Source of the DNA: an archaeon
GTDB taxonomy: Archaea; Micrarchaeota; Micrarchaeia; Norongarragalinales; UBA97
Direction: 5' to 3'
Length of the DNA stretch: 64,000 nt
Assembly: GCA_020057405.1 (NCBI GenBank)
Contig: JAGVFW010000013.1
Coordinates: 23,144-87,143, forward strand
Shown here: piece by piece, positions 57,012-64,000 of the stretch
Layout: each line of letters opens with the position of its first letter
Position numbering within the stretch: the first letter of the stretch is position 1
Made by a program: the position numbers and the translations under genes
The notes under the pieces: model-generated
The model's input: only the letters and a program-made list of their open reading frames with translations
The model's database searches: none
What the model was told of the DNA's origin: nothing

Positions 57012-57835
57012 TTTCTCCCTCCGCACAGTGCAATCGTTTCTTTCTTTAGTTGGTCGGCGAGGGCTTGGTTGCGGATGACTGCAACTGGCACTCGCGCCTT
57101 TTTCATGAAAACCGCCTCGTAGAAGCTGTCGACATCGAAGTCGCTCATTTTGGAGGCGGAGTTGTAGACTTTGTCGAGTGCTTTCTTGAACTCGAGCGGG
57201 TAGTAGACGCGCACAACGAAGTCCTTGTAGACGACGGTATCCGTGCTCGTCGCTTCCTTCACGCCAATCCGGTGCTTCAGCTTGGAGTTCTTGCGCCAGT
57301 AGTCCGCGCACCAGCGGTCAAGCGGCGTGTCGGCAGGCGTTATCGAGTAGCTGTCGGACACGCTTACCAGCTCCTTCATGCGCAAGTAAGTCTCGCGGTT
57401 GAGGAACAGGGGAACCCAGAAGTGGCACCACTGCAGCGCCAGTACCTTGTCCTTTGGGTCAAAAACCTTCTGCGCGAAAGAGACAAGGAAATCGTCAACC
57501 TCGGCAACAGAATCAAAAAAAAGCACCGACTGGCCGGCGGGCATGCTTAAACCGGTCTTCGAATAGGAAGACTTGAGCTCGTCAGAAAACCGTGAGAGTC
57601 CATCAATCCAATCAAAGGAAAGAGAGTAACCCTCTGGAGAACGGGAAATCACGCCCTCCAAAGAAAGCTCGCCTAAAGACTTGTGGATTGCCTGATAAGT
57701 AAGGTGCGTTCCGTTCTTCGCAATTGCGGAATGGATTTGCTTGGCAGAGAGCGGCCACTTGGCAGAGAGAACACTGATAATCGCGCTTTTCGCGTCCGCT
57801 TTTCCTCGACTGCCTAGAGTAGGTAATTCAATCAT
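57008..57835 (-). CDS. winged-helix regulator-family paralogue 2, unknown C-terminal domain (start moved to MIELPTLG…)
   Basis: wHTH …PLSAKQIHSAIAKNGTHLTYQAIHKSLGEL…GYSLS…. C-terminal …DFVVRVYYPLEFKK…RVPVAVIRNQALADQL…. Confidence 0.5.
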   Translation of the reverse strand: MIELPTLGSRGKADAKSAIISVLSAKWPLSAKQIHSAIAKNGTHLTYQAIHKSLGELSLEGVISRSPEGYSLSFDWIDGLSRFSDELKSSYSKTGLSMPAGQSVLFFDSVAEVDDFLVSFAQKVFDPKDKVLALQWCHFWVPLFLNRETYLRMKELVSVSDSYSITPADTPLDRWCADYWRKNSKLKHRIGVKEATSTDTVVYKDFVVRVYYPLEFKKALDKVYNSASKMSDFDVDSFYEAVFMKKARVPVAVIRNQALADQLKKETIALCGGRK

Positions 57836-58683
57836 TTCCTTCCCCTCCTGAACTCGGCGAGCGTTTCGTCGATGATTTGTTTTGCCATTGCCTTGTTGCG
57901 GGTGATGACTACTGGGACTTTCATGCGGGCGCCGATTCCGACGAGCACGTAGTCGTAGACGACACGCATTACGCTGGCCGCTGACTGGGACGAGAAAGTC
58001 AGGTGCATGAACTTTTTGAATGCGGGGGGCCAGTAGATGTTGATTACGTAGTCGTTGAAGGCGAGCACGTCGCACGCTTCGGCAACGTCAACACCGGCAA
58101 GCCATTTGAGGGCTATTGGACCCTCCAAGTACTTCAGGCAGTAAATGTCCCCAGGTGAGTTGCCTCGGCAGAGAGCGTAATTGCCCTTGCTTTTCTTGAA
58201 TCTGGCCATTTTCTTGTATTGCTCCTCGCCAACCATTTGCGCCGCCCAAGCGAACCCGCAGTGCTGCACAATCACGCTCTTGCCTGCGGCGATTGGAGGC
58301 ATCTCATCAATGACCCAATAGGGGGCGGAGATTATGCCCGTAAAAGTGTAGGAAACCGAAGAGTTGGGAGGAATTTCCAAGAGACGAGGAGGCTCTCCGC
58401 CCGAATATCGCTTGCTAGCGTCATTCCACCAAGCTTTCTGCGCTTCGACCCACCCTGGCGAAAGCGAATATCCTTCCGGCAAGCGCGAGATAACGCCATC
58501 GGCCGACAACTCGCCCAAGACCTTGTGCACCGCTTGGTAAGTAAGTGGCTTGCCGCCGTCCTTTGAAACTACAGCGTGCAACTGCTTTGCAAACAAGGGC
58601 CATTTGACTGCTAGCGCGTTGATCACGCGCGAGCGGGCGTCATGCCTGCCGCTTGCGAGCAGTCCCGCGTTAAGTTCAGCCAC
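57832..58683 (-). CDS. winged-helix regulator-family paralogue 3
   Basis: Same wHTH (…PLFAKQLHAVVSKDGGKPLTYQAVHKVLGEL…) and the same C-terminal motifs (…DYVINIYWPPAFKK…KVPVVITRNKAMAKQI…). Confidence 0.5.
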   Translation of the reverse strand: MAELNAGLLASGRHDARSRVINALAVKWPLFAKQLHAVVSKDGGKPLTYQAVHKVLGELSADGVISRLPEGYSLSPGWVEAQKAWWNDASKRYSGGEPPRLLEIPPNSSVSYTFTGIISAPYWVIDEMPPIAAGKSVIVQHCGFAWAAQMVGEEQYKKMARFKKSKGNYALCRGNSPGDIYCLKYLEGPIALKWLAGVDVAEACDVLAFNDYVINIYWPPAFKKFMHLTFSSQSAASVMRVVYDYVLVGIGARMKVPVVITRNKAMAKQIIDETLAEFRRGRK

Positions 58684-59578
58684 TGCGCTTGCCTCCGGTT
58701 TTGAAGTGCGTTGCCAGCTTCCTTCTCATTTCTCTTGCAAGCGCGGCGTTTCGGGTGATGACTAGCTTGATTTTGAATTTCTTTTGGAAGCAAATCTTGT
58801 AGAGGGAATTGAGGTCCATGATTTTTTTTATCATGTTCTTACTGAACCACGCCATTACTTCGGGGGGCGTGTAAATCTGGACGATAAAATCGCCGAAAAC
58901 CACGGAGTCTACCTTGTTTGCAGGGTCGGTGCCCATAACGTAGGGCGTGCCGAAACCACGCTTCCAAAACTCTAGAGTGAACCTATCGAGAAAGAAGTTC
59001 GTCGTGCACACGAGCCTTGTGCGGGCCGAGGAAGTAAGCTGCCTGATTTCATCATACTCTTTCTTGCTAACAATAAAGACCGGCCAGGCGCCGTACATCA
59101 CGATGAAAACATCGCCCTCGACCCTGTGCTTGAGAGTATACTCCGCCATCTCGGAAAGAACCCAGTAAAAGGGCGCGGCCAGACTCTCGTTAAACTCCAC
59201 AGTTGTGCTGGAATCAGGCGCAATGTCGGCAAACGAAATGCGGTCAGGCGAGACGTGACGCACTTCCGCCTCCTGCAAAAACTTCTTAGAACGCGAAATC
59301 CAGTCAAGAGACAAACGATAATTGCTAGAAAAATTGCGCTCAAGCACGCCCTCAGAAGCAAGGCGCCGAACCACCTTGTGGACGGCCTGGTAAGTCAACT
59401 GCTTGCCGCCGTCAGATAAAAGAAGCGAGTGAACATGCTTTGCGGACAACGGGGACTTTCTAGCCAGTGCCGAGATTACACGCGAGCGGGCGTCACGGCG
59501 CCCCGACGCTAGGACACTTTCCGAAAGCCCCCGATCTAAGTTGCCAACCAAACCCCAAACCACCACTCCGCAGGACAC
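58676..59578 (-). CDS. winged-helix regulator-family paralogue 4
   Basis: …PLSAKHVHSLLLSDGGKQLTYQAVHKVVRRL…, …DFIVQIYTPPEV…, …KLVITRNAALAREM…. Confidence 0.5.
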   Translation of the reverse strand: MSCGVVVWGLVGNLDRGLSESVLASGRRDARSRVISALARKSPLSAKHVHSLLLSDGGKQLTYQAVHKVVRRLASEGVLERNFSSNYRLSLDWISRSKKFLQEAEVRHVSPDRISFADIAPDSSTTVEFNESLAAPFYWVLSEMAEYTLKHRVEGDVFIVMYGAWPVFIVSKKEYDEIRQLTSSARTRLVCTTNFFLDRFTLEFWKRGFGTPYVMGTDPANKVDSVVFGDFIVQIYTPPEVMAWFSKNMIKKIMDLNSLYKICFQKKFKIKLVITRNAALAREMRRKLATHFKTGGKRSG

Positions 59579-59620
59579 GAAGAGTCCCGGGGATTGCCAA
59601 CTGGATAGTGGTGACGACCG

Positions 59621-59697
59621 GCTATAAACTTTTAGTTGATTGCAGTTCTACCGCACCTCTTTATTCGGGCACAAACACAATAATTTCGACAAAGAAG
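59621..59697 (+). promoter_or_regulatory. conserved upstream motif, copy 1 (AACTTTTAGTTGATTG-CA-GTTCTACC plus a ~30 nt extension)
   Basis: Shares a ~30-nt block with 61668-61699, and a ~75-nt block with 63238-63306. Confidence 0.5.
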
Positions 59698-59710
59698 GCG
59701 GTGAGCAAAT

Positions 59711-60592
59711 ATGATAGAAAATAATCGTGAGCGGATTCTTCTTCGGCTCTTGCTGACGCCGGTTCCTCTCCTTGCACTCGTGACGACCGCACTCTTGCTG
59801 GCGGCTGGAACCGCACATGCGGACGGTAACTTCACGCTCATACAATTCAACACTACGAACATAACCGCCATAAACGCGACGCGGTTGCTGCCGGATTTGA
59901 TTACTGGATTGTCTGCAGACCGGACGGAACTCTATGTAGGCGAGAGCTTCACCGTAACCGAGCGCACGCTCAACATCGGCCGCGGACGCGCGAAGGCGTC
60001 GTCAACCGCATCCCACATGGTGTTCAGGGGGAATGGCTATGGCAACGGCGGCTCGGCGTATGTTCCAAAACCAGTTTTGCGGCCGGGGCAATACGCCGAC
60101 TACAACGGAACATTCTACTGCGGCGACGTTGGCAACTACACCTTCAGCGCGCAAGCGGACTACTTCAACAACGTCACCGAGTCCAACGAGACCAACAACA
60201 ACGCGTGGGCGGCCGTCAACGTGACCTGCACTGCGCCACAAGGGTCGGACCTAGTCACGCGGTTCGACAAGGCAACAATAGGAAATTACACATACTACCC
60301 CAGCAACGGCAGGATTTTCATTCCGTTCAACACCAACGTTACTTTTTATGAAACGACTTCGAACATAGGGGGAGCTTTTGCCTCACCTTCCACCACCGTA
60401 ATCGGAACTGTCTCCGGTAGGCATTACCTAGCCAAACCGAGCATCGCCCCCAACTCGTCAATTCAGTCAACATTTACGTACAAGTGCAGATGGGACGAAA
60501 CAATTAACGTCACTGCAGATTACTTTGGCGAAGTGAGCGAAAGCAATGAATCGAACAATTTCGTCGAGCTATACGTCGGTTGCGTGTGGTAG
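59711..60592 (+). CDS. secreted protein with two CARDB-like (Ig-like) repeats
   Basis: Signal peptide. Repeated …SFTVTERTLNIGRGRAKAS… and …YETTSNIGGAFASP… segments, each ending …NN.V…V.C…. Confidence 0.5.
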   Translation: MIENNRERILLRLLLTPVPLLALVTTALLLAAGTAHADGNFTLIQFNTTNITAINATRLLPDLITGLSADRTELYVGESFTVTERTLNIGRGRAKASSTASHMVFRGNGYGNGGSAYVPKPVLRPGQYADYNGTFYCGDVGNYTFSAQADYFNNVTESNETNNNAWAAVNVTCTAPQGSDLVTRFDKATIGNYTYYPSNGRIFIPFNTNVTFYETTSNIGGAFASPSTTVIGTVSGRHYLAKPSIAPNSSIQSTFTYKCRWDETINVTADYFGEVSESNESNNFVELYVGCVW

Positions 60593-60803
60593 ACGAAAAC
60601 GCATTGACGCGGAATCCACACGAGAAGCTGGTACTGAAAGCAATGCGGCGGTTGTTGACCCGGTCACCGGCGCGGACATTGCAAGCGGCACCGTAAGCCC
60701 GAGAGGAAGCGCACTTGAAATCAGGTCGCACTCCCAGTTGGCAATAAGGTACGCAAGCGAACTGGCAAGCGCGAAGTTCTCCTTTGACAAGATGAATTAA
60801 GCG

Positions 60804-61664
60804 ATGGGGCAGGTGGTTGGAATGGGTTTGCTTGGAAAACTTTTGGGCGGAGAAAAGCCTATGCCCAAGAAGAGCGGGGGGCACGGCAGCCACTGGCAAA
60901 CGCTTTTCCCCCAGTTGGACGACGTGTTTGTAAAAGCGCTCGTGGCCGGAGCGGAGTCAAGTAAGGTAGAATTAAGCCGCAAGGGCACGTTTGCAGGAAT
61001 GCGGGACACTACGCTGGCGTACGCGGTGTTTGGAGAGAAACTTGCGTTCGTTTACGCGCTTTTCTTAAAAGAAGTCGAACGCGATGGAAAGAAGCTGAAA
61101 GGCCTGATTGTTGACGAACCGTTCACCGCATACCCCGCTTACTTTGCCGCAAAGCCACATAACGGCACGATCAAGGCGGTTGAGGAATGGGCAAACGGGA
61201 CCGAAGCGCAGGTGCAAGTCAAGCTCGACGCTGGACCTGCTTTGTGGTTTTTCGCGACCGACTACTTGGAGAAGAAGGAAAAGTACGCAGTTGGAAGCAA
61301 GGCGGCACCCAAACTCGCGGGTTTTGCATATCGGCTGAACAAATTAGGCGACGAAAAACGCGAAGTCACGCTTCCTGACGGGAGCAAGGCGTCAATGGAC
61401 AACTTCGCGGGCATTATCCCCATGCAGATGACGCACAAGGCTGGCGATGTCGACGATTATGCCGTGTGGGCGAAGGTAGAGCGGCTTTCGCAAGAGAAAA
61501 CGCCAGTTAGCGCGAAAGTCGTCGAGGCGATTGTGGCGTACGGAGGCGAAAACCACAAGACAGCCATATCGATTCCCATCGTGACCACGGAAAAAACACT
61601 TCCCGATGCAGTCAAGCCCGGCGAGAAAATCACGGGAACGATTTGGTTAACTGGATCGCTTTGA
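60804..61664 (+). CDS. hypothetical protein (286 aa)
   Basis: ORF only. Confidence 0.35.
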   Translation: MGQVVGMGLLGKLLGGEKPMPKKSGGHGSHWQTLFPQLDDVFVKALVAGAESSKVELSRKGTFAGMRDTTLAYAVFGEKLAFVYALFLKEVERDGKKLKGLIVDEPFTAYPAYFAAKPHNGTIKAVEEWANGTEAQVQVKLDAGPALWFFATDYLEKKEKYAVGSKAAPKLAGFAYRLNKLGDEKREVTLPDGSKASMDNFAGIIPMQMTHKAGDVDDYAVWAKVERLSQEKTPVSAKVVEAIVAYGGENHKTAISIPIVTTEKTLPDAVKPGEKITGTIWLTGSL

Positions 61665-61667
61665 GAC

Positions 61668-61699
61668 AATCAACTTTTAGTTGATTGTGGTTCTACCCA
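61668..61699 (+). promoter_or_regulatory. conserved upstream motif, copy 2 (perfect CAATCAAC-TTTTA-GTTGATTG palindrome, then TG-GTTCTACC)
   Basis: 8-bp inverted repeat with a 5-nt spacer, ~45 nt upstream of the radical-SAM GTG start. Confidence 0.5.
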
Positions 61700-61732
61700 A
61701 CAAATAAGATTCTGCAAAAATAAAACAAGTTA

Positions 61733-62635
61733 GTGAACATCGAAGTTGTTGATTGGAAGATTATTGGAACCTGCAATTTGCGTTGTTTGCACTGCTACGG
61801 CCCGCCCAAAACGGATACGGCCCTCCCATTAGAGAAATTACTAGCAATCATCGACAAGTTCAAACTTCTTAAAATAAAATGGGTGGTGCTAACTGGAGGT
61901 GAACCCTTGCTCGTACAGAATATAGAAACAGTATTCCGTCACTTAAATCAGCACAACATCAAAATCGCTTTATCGACTAACACCACCTACTTCAGAAAAT
62001 TTCAACCATCCATTGAAAAGTACGTTTCGTCACTGAATATTCCGATTGACGGTTCCACACCAGAAATTCACGCTAAATCACGTAAAGACACGGCGTCATA
62101 TCATTCAGCAGCCGATGTCCTTAAGTTCTACCTTGAAAATCCGGAAAATAAACCCGAACTACTTCGAGTGGGGACTGTTTTCTCGAAAGCTAACCAAGGA
62201 GATTTCATCAACATTGCAAGGCTGCTTGAACCCTACGAATCAATCATAAGCACGTGGAAGATCTACGAATTAATGAACTCCGACACGCACCTTGATCTCA
62301 GAGCGCCGATTCTCCACGAACACGCTAATTTTGAACTGGAAATGGAGGAACTACACTCTACGGGCTTGCTTTCATCGAAAATATTGGTTTCCCGCGCTAG
62401 CTCGAGAAATAAGGCCTACTTTATGCTTAATCCCCAAGGGCAAGTCGTAGTTCCGACAAACCTAGATGGCATCTCCACGGACATGCCTGCCGGAGACTTC
62501 TTATGGACTCCAACGGACAAGTTGTTGGCACGCTGGCAAACAATGGTTTCCACAGAAAACTATAACTCAAACCACACTCGCCACTATGGCAAGATTAAGC
62601 TAACTCCGATTATGCTTGAGATGAAAGCGCGATGA
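61733..62635 (+). CDS. radical SAM protein (GTG start)
   Basis: CNLRCLHCY (C-x3-C-x2-C) and VVLTGGEPLL SAM-binding motif. No SPASM extension. AT-rich. Confidence 0.75.
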   Translation: MNIEVVDWKIIGTCNLRCLHCYGPPKTDTALPLEKLLAIIDKFKLLKIKWVVLTGGEPLLVQNIETVFRHLNQHNIKIALSTNTTYFRKFQPSIEKYVSSLNIPIDGSTPEIHAKSRKDTASYHSAADVLKFYLENPENKPELLRVGTVFSKANQGDFINIARLLEPYESIISTWKIYELMNSDTHLDLRAPILHEHANFELEMEELHSTGLLSSKILVSRASSRNKAYFMLNPQGQVVVPTNLDGISTDMPAGDFLWTPTDKLLARWQTMVSTENYNSNHTRHYGKIKLTPIMLEMKAR

Positions 62636-63201
62636 CTGGGGAACTGATGGACGTAGTCAACCACGCAAATGCCGTTATTGGAAGCGCGACAGTAAGCGAA
62701 GTGTATGAGCGTAAATTATCGCACCGGATAGTACATGTTTTTGTCCTCAACCAAAATGGCGAAGTATACCTGCAACAGCGGGCCCTAACTGACTCATTTC
62801 TTCCAGGGTACTGGTGCACCTCTGCAGGAGGGCACGTAAGAAAAGGAGAATCGTACGAAGATGCAGCGCGCAGAGAACTTGAAGAAGAGCTTGGCCTCAA
62901 AGATGCACCACTCGCCCCGCTAGGCAGCACTTTTCAATTCCAGCCCGACGAACACCAACGCCACCTGCAAGTCTTTGTCGCGTTCTCACCAAAAAGTCCG
63001 GCCCCAAACAAAGCCGAGGTGCATAAGGGTAAATTTTTTGACCTAGGGGAAGCGATACGAAAAGTCAAGTCAAACAAGCAAATTCATCCTCAACTTCAGC
63101 CCTGCTTGGCTCTGCTTTATGAAAACAGGGAAAGGCTTAAGGAAAGTCTGATCTTCTCTCCGAAAACCGAGCGGGAGCTATCGGCGAAATCCTCAAAATA
63201 G
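62632..63201 (+). CDS. NUDIX hydrolase (IDI/YfcD-like)
   Basis: Nudix box GGHVRKGESYEDAARRELEEELGL. ATGA overlap with the radical-SAM gene. Confidence 0.7.
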   Translation: MTGELMDVVNHANAVIGSATVSEVYERKLSHRIVHVFVLNQNGEVYLQQRALTDSFLPGYWCTSAGGHVRKGESYEDAARRELEEELGLKDAPLAPLGSTFQFQPDEHQRHLQVFVAFSPKSPAPNKAEVHKGKFFDLGEAIRKVKSNKQIHPQLQPCLALLYENRERLKESLIFSPKTERELSAKSSK

Positions 63202-63237
63202 GTTAGTTTTCAGATTGTCGAAATCCCGACATTCCAC

Positions 63238-63306
63238 CAATCAACTTTTAGTTGATTTCAATTCTACCGAGCTAATTTATTCCGGCACTTCCACAATAAT
63301 TTCGAC
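63238..63306 (+). promoter_or_regulatory. conserved upstream motif, copy 3 (CAATCAAC-TTTTA-GTTGATTT, then CA-ATTCTACC and a TTTATTCCGGCAC…CACAATAATTTCGACA extension)
   Basis: Aligns over ~75 nt with copy 1. Confidence 0.5.
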
Positions 63307-63500
63307 ATGGATGCGCGGGCCAACAAAGTAAAAACACGGGGGCGCTTATTTTCATTAAGGCGTTCACTGCGGCCAGCGCCAAAATCTCCTCTTCTTAAGT
63401 TCGAGCGGGAACCGGCAGCGGAAGGGTTGCCTACCAAAAGCGGATTGCCTCAAAGCGTATCCGCGCCGGTTGCCCGACTTAAAGGGGACAACGGGAGCAC

Positions 63501-64000
63501 ATGCTGAAAACGCCTAGGAATATCATAATCGAGGGCGTGGAATGCGCAGGCAAGACCACGCTAATAGACGCGCTTAGCCGTGAATGCCGCGGGTGGGACA
63601 TCAAGTACCTGCCGCACAAGGACGGCAACCAATTCAAGAGATACGTGCACGAGTACCTCACCAACGAAAAGACGATTTTCAACCGCTCGCACTTAAGCGA
63701 AGTCGTGTGCGGGAGTTTGTGGAGAGGCGGACCTGGAATGAGTGAAGAGGAAACGAGTACCCTAAACAAGCTAGTTGGAGAAGAATTCGTCGTGGTGCTT
63801 GTTGACGCCGACCCCGAAGTGATTAAACAGCGCTTTAGGGAAAGAGGCTATGTCGAGGGGGCTAAAATTGACGAAGTGGAAGCCGTCCAAAAGGGATTCA
63901 AAAACGCATTTGAAAACGTGACGCACATAACTTGCGTGTCAAACGACGAGGACGACTTGAAACGAAATGTCGGGACTATAGCGAAGTTCATGAGGGGGAT
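63501..64000 (+). CDS. thymidylate-kinase-like P-loop kinase; 3' end lies outside the window
   Basis: IIIEGVECAGKTT resembles the Tmk P-loop (EGxDGxGKxT). The frame is open to the window end. Confidence 0.5.
   Translation, partial: MLKTPRNIIIEGVECAGKTTLIDALSRECRGWDIKYLPHKDGNQFKRYVHEYLTNEKTIFNRSHLSEVVCGSLWRGGPGMSEEETSTLNKLVGEEFVVVLVDADPEVIKQRFRERGYVEGAKIDEVEAVQKGFKNAFENVTHITCVSNDEDDLKRNVGTIAKFMRG

Noticed and set aside
63307-63507. 66-aa ORF starting immediately after motif copy 3.
   Set aside because: It begins exactly at the end of the conserved upstream element and is Arg-rich. A Tmk-like gene with a clear P-loop starts at 63501 in another frame. The ORF is probably non-coding leader or promoter sequence.
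1-64000. CRISPR arrays, rRNA genes and IS elements.
   Set aside because: I found no array of regularly spaced direct repeats, no rRNA-like conserved blocks and no transposase-like ORFs. The only mobile feature is the tRNA-Phe integrated element.

Overview
The window is archaeal. Orc1/Cdc6, archaeal DnaG, Hjc, aIF6, r-proteins L31e/L39e/S19e, an RNase P Rpp21 subunit, SRP54/FtsY, GGGP and DGGGP synthases and euryarchaeal-type RPA all point that way. An intron-interrupted tRNA suggests a TACK/Thaumarchaeota-like lineage, but that is tentative. Most of the window is a GC-rich core with densely packed housekeeping genes. It includes the conserved S19e-L39e-L31e-aIF6-PfdA-FtsY cluster, thrS, purE, deoxyhypusine synthase, glmU/glmM-like genes, three ordinary tRNAs (Val, Phe, Gly) and a VapBC toxin-antitoxin pair. 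Three AT-rich patches, judged by eye, stand out from this background. (1) At about 10.4-15.8 kb there is a roughly 5.3 kb integrated element inserted at the 3' end of tRNA-Phe. It is bounded by a 21-bp direct repeat and carries an intact tyrosine integrase, an RHH protein, a stand-alone Cdc48-N-like protein and an AlbA_2/Schlafen-like ATPase. (2) At about 48.7-56.1 kb there is a low-GC island flanked by two divergent KaiC-like ATPase genes. It encodes V4R and FIST sensor-domain proteins, a Rossmann oxidoreductase and a LuxE-like/LuxC-like carboxylic-acid-reductase pair. It abuts a tandem array of four translationally coupled winged-helix paralogues, one of which is fused to V4R. I regard this as the most likely candidate for an undescribed KaiC-centred small-molecule signalling and biosynthesis system. 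(3) At about 61.7-63.2 kb there is a radical-SAM plus Nudix operon. A conserved 30-75 nt motif with an 8-bp palindrome occurs three times upstream of co-oriented genes between 59.6 and 63.3 kb. Other notable items are a tRNA with about 75 nt of intervening sequence that probably reflects two introns, and an unlisted L39e gene. RGG-rich low-complexity segments occur in DnaG and in a TRAM protein, and a Lon-like AAA+ ATPase lacks its protease domain. No CRISPR array or rRNA was seen. Coordinates counted by hand may be off by 1-2 nt.
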